DNA from: Acidobacteriota bacterium
GTDB taxonomy: Bacteria > Acidobacteriota > Terriglobia > Terriglobales > Acidobacteriaceae
Assembly (NCBI GenBank): GCA_021828835.1
Contig: JAJZCY010000001.1
Span: forward strand, 1 to 55,713
Length of the DNA: 55,713 bases
Direction: 5' to 3'
Shown: positions 1-11,718 of the stretch, one piece after another
Numbering within the stretch: position 1 is the first letter of the stretch
How the letters are laid out: each line of letters opens with the position of its first letter
Notes under the pieces: model-generated
What the model saw: the letters and a program-made list of their open reading frames with translations, nothing else
What the model was told of the DNA's origin: nothing
Database searches by the model: none
Position numbers and translations under genes: made by a program

Positions 1-1
1 C

Positions 2-187
2 GATCTCCTTACCGCCCTGTTCAGCAATGTAGACAGCACCCTCTCCACCCGCATCGTCGGCGACCGCATGGTGATTCCCGAGTGGGTGCTGCTGGTCCCG
101 CTGTTCTTTGCCCTCCTGGTCATCGCTCTGATCGCCTTCGCCATCCAGGCGCGCCGCCGCCCGCGGCTGGTGTATCCACCGCGTTGA
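2..187 (+). CDS. C-terminal fragment of a membrane protein (truncated by window start)
   Basis: Open frame from position 2 to TGA 185-187 (DLLTALF...WVLLVPLFFALLVIALIAFAIQARRRPR...): hydrophobic helix followed by basic residues, GC3-rich codons. Confidence 0.6.
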   Translation, partial: DLLTALFSNVDSTLSTRIVGDRMVIPEWVLLVPLFFALLVIALIAFAIQARRRPRLVYPPR

Positions 188-279
188 GGGCGTGCATACC
201 TACGGCGCGCTTGTGCGCTCCCATCCATCAGAAGCAATCTCTGGGCCGCCTGGCAGCGTGGGCGCGATAGGCTGAAAGC

Positions 280-1296
280 ATGGCATCGAATTTCCCACAC
301 GGGCGGCACAGGCTGCGCATTGTGCTGGCGGGCGGCAGCGGCAGCGTGGGCTCCATGCTGGCCTGGCACTTTCAGGAGCAGGGGCATCACGTCACCGTGC
401 TCACCCGCGCGCCCTACACTGCCTCCTGGCCCACCGTGCACTGGGACGGCGCGCATCCCGGCCCCTGGGTCGAGACGCTTGAAGGCGCCGATGTCTGCAT
501 CAATCTCAGCGGCCGCAGTATCGACTGCCGCTACACCGCCGAGCATCGCCGCCAGCTCTATGATTCGCGCATCGGCCCCACACAACTGCTGCACAACGTT
601 ATAGCCAATCTTGCCCAGCCGCCGCGCGTGTGGATGAACGCCTCGGCCGCAACCATCTACCGCCATGCTCTCGACCGCGATATGGACGAAGCCACCGGCG
701 AGATCGGCGGCAACGAACAGATCGGCGAAGGCATCTGGCGCCGGCGCGCACCGGAGAAGTGGGGCTTTATCGTGCACTTGGTGCGCGAGTGGGAGCGGGT
801 CTTCTTCGCCACAGCCACGCCGCGCACGCGCAAGATCGCGCTGCGCACCTCGCTGGTGATGAGCCCGCAGCCCGGCACCGTCTTCGCCGTGCTCTCGCGG
901 CTGGCGCGCGTGGGCCTGGGCGGCACGCAGGGCAGCGGCGAGCAATACGTCGCCTGGATGCACGAGCGCGATTACGCCCGCGCCATTCGTTTCCTCATCG
1001 ACCATGAAGAGATCGAAGGCCCGGTCAACATGGCCTCGCCCCATCCCCTGCCCAACCGCGAATTCATGGCCGCGCTGCGCCAGGCCTGGAACATGCCCAA
1101 CGGCCTGCCCGCGCCCGCGCCGCTGCTGGAGCTGAGCATGTTTCTTTTGCGCAAAGAGACGGAGCTGATCCTGAAGAGCCGCCGTGTGGTTCCCGGCAAG
1201 CTGCTCGAGGCCGGCTTCCCCTTTGAATTCCCTGCCTGGGCCCACGCCGCCGAAGACCTGGCCCGCCAGTGGCGCGCGGCAGACCGCGGATTTTAG
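280..1296 (+). CDS. TIGR01777/YfcH-family NAD-dependent epimerase-like oxidoreductase
   Basis: N-terminal Rossmann motif (LAGGSGSVG), INLSG, SRI..T, LGGTQGSGEQY..W.H..D, SRRVVP.KL..AGF.F.FP. Confidence 0.85.
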   Translation: MASNFPHGRHRLRIVLAGGSGSVGSMLAWHFQEQGHHVTVLTRAPYTASWPTVHWDGAHPGPWVETLEGADVCINLSGRSIDCRYTAEHRRQLYDSRIGPTQLLHNVIANLAQPPRVWMNASAATIYRHALDRDMDEATGEIGGNEQIGEGIWRRRAPEKWGFIVHLVREWERVFFATATPRTRKIALRTSLVMSPQPGTVFAVLSRLARVGLGGTQGSGEQYVAWMHERDYARAIRFLIDHEEIEGPVNMASPHPLPNREFMAALRQAWNMPNGLPAPAPLLELSMFLLRKETELILKSRRVVPGKLLEAGFPFEFPAWAHAAEDLARQWRAADRGF

Positions 1297-1408
1297 GCCG
1301 CGCTTCCTGTAACGAAAATTCTTCTCCGGGTATCTATTCCCATGAAAACGCGCGGACGCAAGCGCGCGAGTTTTTGGATTCCACGACCGCAGGAGGTCAC
1401 TTCCGACG

Positions 1409-2005
1409 ATGGCTCACGAGAGACGCTTCAATGCAGCAATGGCAGGCAAGCTGGAAAACCCCGATCGGCTGCAGTGGTTGCCCCCGGCCGAGGTCGTTGC
1501 GGCGCTGAACGTAAAGCCCGGCGAGGTGATTGCGGACATCGGCGCCGGCACCGGCTATTTTGCGTTGCCGATCGCCAGGGCCGCGCGCCCTGGAGGAAAG
1601 GTCTACGCAGTCGACGCGCAGGCCGAGATGCTGTCGCTGCTCGGAGCCAAGCTGGCCGATGGAGCTGCCGACAGAATCGAGCTGATTCGCGCTGAAGCCG
1701 ATGCCACCGGTCTCCCCGCAGGCAGTTGCGACCTGGTCTTCATGGCCAACGTATGGCATGAGTTCGACGATCGGGTGGCAGTCGTGAAAGAGGCGCAGCG
1801 CATTCTTCGCGCCGGCGGCCGTGTCGCGATTCTCGACTGGCGGCCCGACGTGGAACCGGAGTACGGCCCTCCCCTAGAACACCGCCTCGCACCCGGGGAC
1901 GCCGTGGAAGTTCTGCGCGCGGCCGGCGCGGCGCAGCTTGCGTCCACGAATATTGGAAAATATTCGTGGCTTGTGACCGGCGTGTTTCCAGACGCCTTCG
2001 CGTGA
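1409..2005 (+). CDS. Class I SAM-dependent methyltransferase
   Basis: Motif I (VIADIGAGTGY), VYAVD, DLVF..NVWHE, L..GGRVAILDW; AGGAGG SD upstream. Confidence 0.85.
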   Translation: MAHERRFNAAMAGKLENPDRLQWLPPAEVVAALNVKPGEVIADIGAGTGYFALPIARAARPGGKVYAVDAQAEMLSLLGAKLADGAADRIELIRAEADATGLPAGSCDLVFMANVWHEFDDRVAVVKEAQRILRAGGRVAILDWRPDVEPEYGPPLEHRLAPGDAVEVLRAAGAAQLASTNIGKYSWLVTGVFPDAFA

Positions 2006-2015
2006 TCGGCGGTTA

Positions 2016-2052
2016 GTGTTTCCCAGGTCCCCTAAAACGGGGACCTGGGGCC
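2016..2052 (-). repeat. Hairpin module of the CCCCAGGTC...GACCTGGGA REP-like family
   Basis: CCCAGGTCCCC-TAAAAC-GGGGACCTGGG stem between two convergent genes; same family as 38547, 47841, 48458. Confidence 0.8.
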
Positions 2053-2068
2053 TTCGTGATCCGACAGG

Positions 2069-4342
<2,274 letters not shown>

Positions 4343-4465
4343 TCAGTATAGGAGCGTCGCAAGCGCCCGGATCAGTGATCTTTTCAATTGCGTCGATAAG
4401 TTCCGCCGATGGACCCTCTTCCGGGGTGGGCGGGGACTCGAGCCCGGCGAACGGAAAAAGGACCG

Positions 4466-4508
4466 AGTGACCAAAGTCGCTGTCACGGATTTTCGCTCCC
4501 GGTAAGGT
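4466..4508 (+). promoter_or_regulatory. Putative CRP-type site plus -10 element (class II promoter) for ric
   Basis: AGTGA-CCAAAG-TCGCT at 4466-4481 and TAAGGT at 4503-4508; site centre about -41.5 from the implied start. Confidence 0.5.
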
Positions 4509-4528
4509 CGTGAGTGAAGGAGGTCGAA

Positions 4529-5248
4529 ATGACCGCGACAACCCAGACCGTTCGTGACATCGCCCTTGAAAATCCCGCCAGTGTGCGCGTCTTTGAAAAG
4601 TACGGAATCGACTACTGCTGCGGCGGCCGTATGCCGCTGGCCCAGGCCTGCGCCAACCGCAACCTGAACCTCGACGAAGTGCTGGCTTCGCTGGACGGCG
4701 CCGCCGGACTTCTGGTGCCCGAAGGCCCGGACTGGTCGCTCGAGTCCCTTGCCAGCCTGGCCACCCACATCACCGAGACCCACCACGCCTACATCCGCCG
4801 CGAGCTGCCGCGTCTCTACGAGCTCGCCGCCAAGGTGGTGCGCCGCCACGGCGATACGCGGCAGGAGCTGCCTGCCATCCAGGTGAAGCTGTCGGAATTG
4901 GGCGAAGAACTGATCTCCCACCTGGGCAAGGAGGAGGTCGTGCTCTTTCCCTACATCAGCAAGCTCGAGCAATACATGACCGGAAACGGCCCCCAGCCGC
5001 GCAATTGCTTCGGCTCGGTCTCCCACCCCATCGCCATGATGACCCAGGAGCACGATCTGGCCGGCGATCTCATGGGCCAGATTCGCAAGCTCAGCGGCAA
5101 CTACGAGCCGCCCGAGGGCGCCTGCCCCACCTACCGCGCCTTCTATGCCGGGCTGCTGGAGTTCGAGCAGGATCTGCATCAGCACATCCATCTCGAAAAC
5201 AACATCCTCTTTCCCCGCGCGATTGCGCTTGAAGCGTCCGCCGCTTAA
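4529..5248 (+). CDS. ric: Iron-sulfur cluster repair di-iron protein (RIC/YtfE/ScdA)
   Basis: IDYCCGG motif, hemerythrin-like HH.Y, H..KEE..LFP, EHD, HIHLENNILFP; AAGGAGG SD before ATG 4529. Confidence 0.95.
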   Translation: MTATTQTVRDIALENPASVRVFEKYGIDYCCGGRMPLAQACANRNLNLDEVLASLDGAAGLLVPEGPDWSLESLASLATHITETHHAYIRRELPRLYELAAKVVRRHGDTRQELPAIQVKLSELGEELISHLGKEEVVLFPYISKLEQYMTGNGPQPRNCFGSVSHPIAMMTQEHDLAGDLMGQIRKLSGNYEPPEGACPTYRAFYAGLLEFEQDLHQHIHLENNILFPRAIALEASAA

Positions 5249-5271
5249 AGCGCGATCCGGTGGAGGTCGCA

Positions 5272-5979
5272 ATGCAACCGCATCTTGAACAGAAAGACGA
5301 ATGCAGAAGCCCGTTTCTGAAGCCCGTGCGGCTCCTGGAGAGACTCTCTCCCGCCGCCCGGGCCGACCTCGAGGCGCTGCTGCACGTTTCTTCCTATCCA
5401 CCGGGAATGGCGATCTTCACTGAAGGAGAGGCCGCCCGCGGCATCTACATCGTGTTGAGCGGCGATGTGCGCGTGTCGATCGGTTCGGCGGACGGCAAGC
5501 GCCTCAACCTGCGAATCGTACGTCAGGGAGAGCTGCTCGGGCTCTCCTCCGTGCTCTCCGAGTCGCGCTACAACGCAACCGCGGAAGCGCTGTATCCTGC
5601 CCGCCTGGCTTACCTCGGCCGCGAGCCTCTGCTCGCGTTCCTGGCGCGGCATCCTGACGCTTACCTGCCCCTGGTCGAGGAACTGAGCCGCAAGCTGTCG
5701 GTCGCCTGCGGGCAACTGCGCACCGTGGCTCTTTCCCATTCCGCGCCGGAAAAGCTTGCCCGCCTCCTGCTGGAATGGAGCGAGAACGGCCCTGCGAGCG
5801 CCGGCGGCGGCATTCGATTCACCTTGACTCACGAGGAGATCGGGGAGTTCATCGGCGCCTCGCGGGAGACCGTCACGCGCACCCTGGCAAACTTCAAGCG
5901 CCGCCACCTGGTCCGCTTCGAAGGCTCGACGCTGACGATCACGGATCGCGCCGCCCTGGCCAGCCAGATCACCGAGTAG
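5272..5979 (+). CDS. Crp/Fnr-family transcriptional regulator
   Basis: cNMP-binding fold (IF.EGE..RGIYIVLSG, GELLG) and HTH (LTHEEIGEFIGASRETVTR); GGAGG SD before ATG 5272. Confidence 0.9.
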   Translation: MQPHLEQKDECRSPFLKPVRLLERLSPAARADLEALLHVSSYPPGMAIFTEGEAARGIYIVLSGDVRVSIGSADGKRLNLRIVRQGELLGLSSVLSESRYNATAEALYPARLAYLGREPLLAFLARHPDAYLPLVEELSRKLSVACGQLRTVALSHSAPEKLARLLLEWSENGPASAGGGIRFTLTHEEIGEFIGASRETVTRTLANFKRRHLVRFEGSTLTITDRAALASQITE

Positions 5980-6001
5980 AGCCCATACCGGCGGAAAAGA
6001 T

Positions 6002-6928
6002 TCAGCGGGGAAGCTGTTCGAAGACCGCGTCCAGCGCCTGCTCCCACCCGGCAAGCCGCACCCCGAACCGCTCGGCGAGCTTTGCGTTCGATAGCACCGA
6101 GTTGCGCGGCCGCCTGGCCGGAGTGGGATAACCCGCGGTGGCAATCGGGACCAGCTCGGGAACGTTTGTGCCGAGCCGCGCCGCGGCGCGCGCAAAGATG
6201 GCGCGCGCAAAGCCGCACCACGAGGTCTGCCCCGCGCAGGTCATGTGATAAACGCCTTCCCAATCTTCGGCCGCGCCAAAACAGCCGGCGGCAATGCCTT
6301 CCACGATGCGCCGCGTGGCATCCGCCAGTTCGATGGATGTGGTGGGCGCGCCGATCTGGTCGTCCACGATCGAGAGCTTTTCCCGCTCCGCGCCCAGGCG
6401 CAGCATCGTAAATAGAAAGTTTTTGCCGTGCGGCCCGTAGACCCAGCTGGTGCGGAAGATCAGGTGCCTGCCTCCCGCCGCCTGCACCGCCTGCTCGCCC
6501 GCCAGCTTGGAAGCCCCGTACACGTTGAGCGGCCCGGTGGGGTCCTCCTCCGTCCACGGACCGGCCTTGCTGCCATCAAACACGTAGTCGGTGGAGTAGT
6601 GCACCAGCAGCGCATCGCAGCGGCACGCCTCTTCGGCCATCACCCCCGGGGCGGTGCAATTGATGGCGTAGGCCAGCTCGCGCTCGGTCTCGGCGCGATC
6701 CACGGCCGTGTAGGCCGCGGCATTCAGAATCACCGTAGGATGGGCGTCGCGGATCAGCGTTCGAATGGAGTCGGGAGTGGCAAGATCGCAGGCCGCGCGA
6801 TCGGCGGCCAGGACGGCGCCCACTCCGGCGAAGCTGCGCTGCAGTTCGCGCCCAAGCTGGCCGCCGCTGCCCACAATCAGGATGCGAGGGTTCTGAATCG
6901 CAAACCTTCCCTGCGCCGCTTCTGGCAA
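6002..6928 (-). CDS. rfbD: dTDP-4-dehydrorhamnose reductase (start uncertain)
   Basis: GSGGQLG, NAAAYTAVD.AE, STDYVFDG, YG.SKL.GE, DDQ.G.PT, PA.RP.NS.L. Confidence 0.93.
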   Translation of the reverse strand: MPEAAQGRFAIQNPRILIVGSGGQLGRELQRSFAGVGAVLAADRAACDLATPDSIRTLIRDAHPTVILNAAAYTAVDRAETERELAYAINCTAPGVMAEEACRCDALLVHYSTDYVFDGSKAGPWTEEDPTGPLNVYGASKLAGEQAVQAAGGRHLIFRTSWVYGPHGKNFLFTMLRLGAEREKLSIVDDQIGAPTTSIELADATRRIVEGIAAGCFGAAEDWEGVYHMTCAGQTSWCGFARAIFARAAARLGTNVPELVPIATAGYPTPARRPRNSVLSNAKLAERFGVRLAGWEQALDAVFEQLPR

Positions 6929-7020
6929 ACCAGCGGCGCTGTTGGCATCGCCCCGGGTCTCGCAGTCGAGACCCGGGGCACCCAGGCATCATGCTAACCG
7001 ATGGAGCGCAAACCACCGCT

Positions 7021-7635
7021 CTACATCTTGGAGCCGGCGCCGTGATGCATCTGCATCTGGCGCGCGGTGGAAGGCGGAATGATGCCGTTCATGCGGCCGT
7101 ACTCCACCAGTTGGCCGTAGTGATCGCCGTAGTCGTTGAACATCATCAGCAGCATCGAGATCATGCTCATGTTGTGCATGCCCGTGGGCGCGAAGGCCTT
7201 CTCCGGTGTAAGCGTGGCAAGCACCTTGTTCTGGTAGTCGAACGAGGCTTGCAGCGCCTTCACGATGTCATCCTTGGAGGTCATGGCGTTGAGCGCCTTG
7301 AAATCCACCTCGTGATCCGGCTTGACGCCGGAGGAAGCAAGCATGCGGTAAGGCATCCCGGCAACGTGCGTCAGTTGCTGCGCAACCGTGCGAACCGTCG
7401 CGAACTCTGCCGGGGAGCCGGCGCTGAAGGTGGCCTTGCTGGGCGCAAAATCGTACTTGTCGGCGGGAATGGCCTTGGCCAGGGCGATGAAGTTGTCTTC
7501 AATGTGCGTGGCCATCTGGACGATCGGCTGGGCGGTCGCGGAAGCGGCCTGTGCCTTGGCCTGGGGGACGGCGATGCAGCCGTAAAGGGCCAGGGCGGCG
7601 GCAACGCTCAGAATAGAACGAAACGAGATACTCAT
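7021..7635 (-). CDS. Secreted DinB-family protein
   Basis: Signal peptide; AIPADKYDFAP, R.VA.QL.HVA, DHYGQLV.Y.R.NGIIPP. Confidence 0.75.
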   Translation of the reverse strand: MSISFRSILSVAAALALYGCIAVPQAKAQAASATAQPIVQMATHIEDNFIALAKAIPADKYDFAPSKATFSAGSPAEFATVRTVAQQLTHVAGMPYRMLASSGVKPDHEVDFKALNAMTSKDDIVKALQASFDYQNKVLATLTPEKAFAPTGMHNMSMISMLLMMFNDYGDHYGQLVEYGRMNGIIPPSTARQMQMHHGAGSKM

Positions 7636-7854
7636 ACGGGAACCTCCATGGAATCTGTGGGATGACCGAGAGAAGATGTCTGAGCCGAGGGCGCTCGGTC
7701 CGGCGTCAACAGCCTAGCAGAACACACAGACAGGGGAGAATCGAAAAGCGCAGGCGCGGCGCACGGCCTTACCCTTTCTGAAGCACCTGAAGTATAGGAC
7801 GAATCGGGGCCAAATTCGGACTCAGCATAGAATAAAGAAGGAGGACCCTCCCGC

Positions 7855-8994
7855 ATGCGCCGTGTATACATGGACGCCAATGCCACCACGCCTCTGTTGC
7901 CCGAGGTGCTGGAGGCCATGCGCCCCTACTGGATCGAGCACTTCGGGAACGCCTCGTCGATCCACTTCCAGGGCCAGCAGGCGCGCACCGCCGTCAATCG
8001 CGCCCGCGAGATCCTCGCCGAGTTCTTCAACTGCCGCGAGGCCGAGGTGGTGTTCAACTCCGGCGGCACCGAGGGCGACAACACCGCCATCTTCGGCGTG
8101 CTGCGTCCCGGCGACCACTTCATCACCACCGCCATTGAGCACTCCGCGGTGCTGCGCGCCGCCGAGCGCGTGGCCAAGCGGGGCATCGAGGTCACTTACA
8201 TTGCGCCGCAGCCCGACAGCCTCATCGATCCGGAGGCGATCCGCGCCGCGCTCAAGCCGAATACGCGCCTCATCAGCGTCATGCTGGCCAACAATGAGAC
8301 CGGCGTGCTCCAACCGGTGGAACAGATCGGCAGCATCGCCGCCGAAGCCGGCGCGTTCTTCCACATCGACGCAGTCCAGGGCGCGGGCAAAGTTCCGTTT
8401 GACGTCGACCGCTTCGGTTGTCATCTGCTCTCCATCAGCGCCCACAAGCTCTACGGGCCCAAGGGCGTGGGAGCCCTCTACATCCGCCGCGGCACCCCCA
8501 TCGATCCCATGATGGTGGGCGGTGTTCACGAGCGCCGCCGTCGCGCCGGCACCGAGAACGTGCCCGGCATCGTGGGCCTGGGCAAGGCAACCGAAGTGGC
8601 AATGCAAAGCATGAACGACGGAGACGTGGAACGGGTTGCTGCGCTGCGCGACCGCCTGGAAGCAGGAGTTCTCCGCATCCCCGGCACCGGCGTGAACGGC
8701 GCCGGCGCGCCGCGCACCGCCAATACCACCAACATCCGCTTTGACCAGGTGGAGGGCGAGGCACTGATCATCGCGCTCGACCTCAAGGGCGTTGCGGTAA
8801 GCGGCGGCTCGGCCTGTCACTCCGGCTCCACTGAGCCCAGCAAGGTGCTCATGGCCATGGGACTGGACAAGCACGCCGCCCTAGCCAGCCTGCGCTTCAG
8901 CCTGCTGCGCACCGCCAGCGAAGAAGACGTGGACTACGTCCTGGGCGTGGTTCCGGAAGCGGTAGAAAGACTGCGAACGCTGGCCCCGGCATAA
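7855..8994 (+). CDS. Cysteine desulfurase (IscS/NifS family)
   Basis: YMDANATTP, SGGTE, ANNETG, SAHK (PLP Lys), SGGSAC (catalytic Cys); directly upstream of mnmA. Confidence 0.93.
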   Translation: MRRVYMDANATTPLLPEVLEAMRPYWIEHFGNASSIHFQGQQARTAVNRAREILAEFFNCREAEVVFNSGGTEGDNTAIFGVLRPGDHFITTAIEHSAVLRAAERVAKRGIEVTYIAPQPDSLIDPEAIRAALKPNTRLISVMLANNETGVLQPVEQIGSIAAEAGAFFHIDAVQGAGKVPFDVDRFGCHLLSISAHKLYGPKGVGALYIRRGTPIDPMMVGGVHERRRRAGTENVPGIVGLGKATEVAMQSMNDGDVERVAALRDRLEAGVLRIPGTGVNGAGAPRTANTTNIRFDQVEGEALIIALDLKGVAVSGGSACHSGSTEPSKVLMAMGLDKHAALASLRFSLLRTASEEDVDYVLGVVPEAVERLRTLAPA

Positions 8995-9067
8995 ACAGAG
9001 AGCCATCCTCTTCTATTCCGTTCCGGCCGGAACGGAAAGCGGGCGGATGAGAGCTGAAACCGATTGC

Positions 9068-10183
9068 ATGAATGAGAACACCACCATCGCCGTCGCCATG
9101 TCCGGAGGGGTTGACTCCTCGACCGTAGCGGCGATCCTCGCCCGGGCGGGCCACCCCGTCGTCGGGCTCACGCTCCAGCTCTGGGATCAGACGCGCCTGG
9201 CCGGCAAGCATGGCATTCCCGAGGCGCCCAAGGCCGGCCGCTGCTGCTCGCTCGATGACGTGTACGACGCGCGCCGCGTGGCCGAGCTGCTCGGCATTCC
9301 CTACTACGTGGTCAACCAGGAGGAGCGCTTCGAGCGCGACGTGGTGCGGCCGTTCGTGGACGAGTACCTGGCCGGGCGCACGCCGATTCCCTGCTCGCTC
9401 TGCAACAACCACCTCAAGTTCGATCAGCTTCTCAAGACGGCGCGCTCCATCGGCGCCGAGCGCATCGCCACCGGGCACTATGCGGTCAACAAGTACGACG
9501 CCAACCGCGGCCGCTGGATTCTGAAGCGTCCCGCCGATCTCGCCAAGGACCAGACCTACTTCCTGTTCGGGCTGACCCAGGAGCAGCTTGCGCACACGCT
9601 GTTTCCGCTCGGTCACCTGACCAAGCCCGATGTGCGTTCGGCCGCGCGCGAGCACGGTTTGCGGCTCGCCGAAAAGCCTGACTCGCAGGAGATCTGCTTC
9701 ATCCCGGGCGGCGATTACAAGCGCTTCCTCACCGCCTATCTCGAGGAGCAGGGCGAAGCAGTGCCGGAGACGGCCGGCGAACTGGTGGCCTCCAATGGCT
9801 CCTTGATGGGGCGTCACGAGGGCATCTTCAACTTCACCGTGGGGCAGCGCAAGGGCCTGGGCGTGGCTTCGCCTTCGCCGCTCTATGTGCTCAACATCGA
9901 TCCGGCGACCCGGCGCGTGACCGTGGGCGCGGACGAGGAACTGGCTACGCAAACGCTGCGCGCACATCGCTTGAACTGGATCAGCATCCCGGCGCTCTCC
10001 GCGCCCATGCGCGTGAAGGCCAAAATCCGCCACCGCCACGAGCCAGCGTGGGCCACGCTGGAGCCCGAGGGCCCGGATGCCGTCACCGCCACCTTCGACG
10101 AGCCGCAGCGCGCCGTCACACCAGGACAATCGGCTGTTTTCTACGACGGCGACGAGGTTGTCGGCGGCGGCTGGATCTTCTAA
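9068..10183 (+). CDS. mnmA: tRNA 2-thiouridine(34) synthase
   Basis: AMSGGVDSS, GRTP.PC..CN, ATGHY, KDQTYFL, DSQEICF, TPGQSAVFY. Confidence 0.97.
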   Translation: MNENTTIAVAMSGGVDSSTVAAILARAGHPVVGLTLQLWDQTRLAGKHGIPEAPKAGRCCSLDDVYDARRVAELLGIPYYVVNQEERFERDVVRPFVDEYLAGRTPIPCSLCNNHLKFDQLLKTARSIGAERIATGHYAVNKYDANRGRWILKRPADLAKDQTYFLFGLTQEQLAHTLFPLGHLTKPDVRSAAREHGLRLAEKPDSQEICFIPGGDYKRFLTAYLEEQGEAVPETAGELVASNGSLMGRHEGIFNFTVGQRKGLGVASPSPLYVLNIDPATRRVTVGADEELATQTLRAHRLNWISIPALSAPMRVKAKIRHRHEPAWATLEPEGPDAVTATFDEPQRAVTPGQSAVFYDGDEVVGGGWIF

Positions 10184-10249
10184 ATTCCCTCGGAAGACAC
10201 GAACGGCGAGGGCTCACCCTCGCCGCTCTAGCTCTGGCCGAACCCGGCC

Positions 10250-10795
10250 TCAGCGCAGATCGTCGCCGGCTGGATACCGCGGCGCCGGATGCGGGCGGTG
10301 GGGCACATCGGGCGAGCGCAGGGTATCGACCACCGCCTTCACCGACGCCATCACGCCGGAGAGCTGGCGCATCGGCTTCTGCACCGTCTCCGCCACAAAC
10401 GTCCCGGCGCGCTCCACGCCGTCAAACACCGTGGTCAGCATGCCGTCCACGCGGCTGGCCTGGCGCTGGGTGCGGGCGATGATATCGTCGGCGGCCTTCT
10501 GAATATCGGCGGTTTGGATGCGCAGCGAGCGGGTGATCTCCACCAGCTCGTCCGCTGCGTCCTCAATCTTCGGGGCCAGGCGGTCCGCCAGGTCGCGCGT
10601 CCTGGTCGCGACCGATTCAATGGACGAGATCACCGGCACAATCGACGAGCGGTATTCCCCCAGTTCGTCGCGCAGCGAGCGCATCCCTTTGCGCAGCGCG
10701 CCGGCCAGGACGATCAGAAAGATGGTTTGCAGCACGAGCGCAAGCGCCCCCACCGCAACCAAGGCGAGAATCGTGAGTTGTACATTCGTATCCAT
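10250..10795 (-). CDS. DUF948/YoxC-like membrane-anchored helical protein
   Basis: N-terminal TM helix then amphipathic helices; downstream of a YtxH gene, the usual pairing. Confidence 0.6.
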   Translation of the reverse strand: MDTNVQLTILALVAVGALALVLQTIFLIVLAGALRKGMRSLRDELGEYRSSIVPVISSIESVATRTRDLADRLAPKIEDAADELVEITRSLRIQTADIQKAADDIIARTQRQASRVDGMLTTVFDGVERAGTFVAETVQKPMRQLSGVMASVKAVVDTLRSPDVPHRPHPAPRYPAGDDLR

Positions 10796-11042
10796 GGTTC
10801 TCCCTCGCGCGGGGCCTCGCACGCTTTCCGGTGATCTTTGCCGGAGGAGGCTGACTGCCCGACTGGGCACACCGGCGCCCGAGCCAACTAGGATCCTTCG
10901 GCTCAGTCGCCGCCGCGCTCCGGATAGGATACGCGGCGGACAGGGATTTACGAAACGGCGACGGGGAACGGCTCAGACTGCGTGCACAACCCCGGGTGAC
11001 GCCGAGGCTAAAGCCGGGCCGAGATGCAAGTGGCGGGGCTGG

Positions 11043-11483
11043 TTAGTATTCCGTAGTTTCGGTCGCGGGACCCGTGGTGCCGGTCGAAGCCTTGTAGGCC
11101 TGACGCCCGGCCTCAACCGCGGCGCTGGCCCGATTGCCCTGCTCCGAAACCAGATTCTTGCCGCGTTCCACGAACTCTTCCCACTGGGCGCGTCCCCGAT
11201 CGATGACCTCGCGGCCACGATCCACGTAATCGCCCACCTGTTCCTTGCTCTTGTCGACAAACTGTCCCACCTGCTCCTTGCTCTTGTCGACAAACTGGCT
11301 CACAGTATCCGCCGCCTGGCGGGACTTGTTGCGGATATACTCCGAGCTCTCGCGGGCGCCTGTCACCAGGTCCTCCCTGGTTTCGCGGCCGCTCTTCGGC
11401 GCATACAGAATGCCCACCAGGGCGCCCACACCTAAACCAGCCAGAAACCACGCCAAACCATTGGACTTGCTCTCATCTGCCAT
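11043..11483 (-). CDS. YtxH domain-containing protein
   Basis: FLAGLGVGALVGILYAPKSGRETR signature; internal 11-aa repeat QFVDKSKEQVG x2. Confidence 0.85.
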   Translation of the reverse strand: MADESKSNGLAWFLAGLGVGALVGILYAPKSGRETREDLVTGARESSEYIRNKSRQAADTVSQFVDKSKEQVGQFVDKSKEQVGDYVDRGREVIDRGRAQWEEFVERGKNLVSEQGNRASAAVEAGRQAYKASTGTTGPATETTEY

Positions 11484-11718
11484 GATCGAACCTCTCCTTT
11501 CGCGGAGCTGAAGTCTGCCATGCGCTTCTCAAACGCAATCAGTTTACCGCAAATCCCTTAAGAATGCTGGCCTTACCGGAGGCCGCCGCGGACACACGGG
11601 GGAGTGGGTTGTGCGGCAGCCTCCCCTCGCTTGGACGCACCCCGCCGCAGTCGAGTTGCAACCGGCCTGTGGATGCCGCCACCCGTTCCGCACCTCCTGC
11701 GCGCCGGCACCCCTTTCT

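Noticed and set aside
11235-11300. 33-nt tandem repeat in the YtxH gene
   Set aside because: In-frame 11-aa helical repeat, ordinary for this family.
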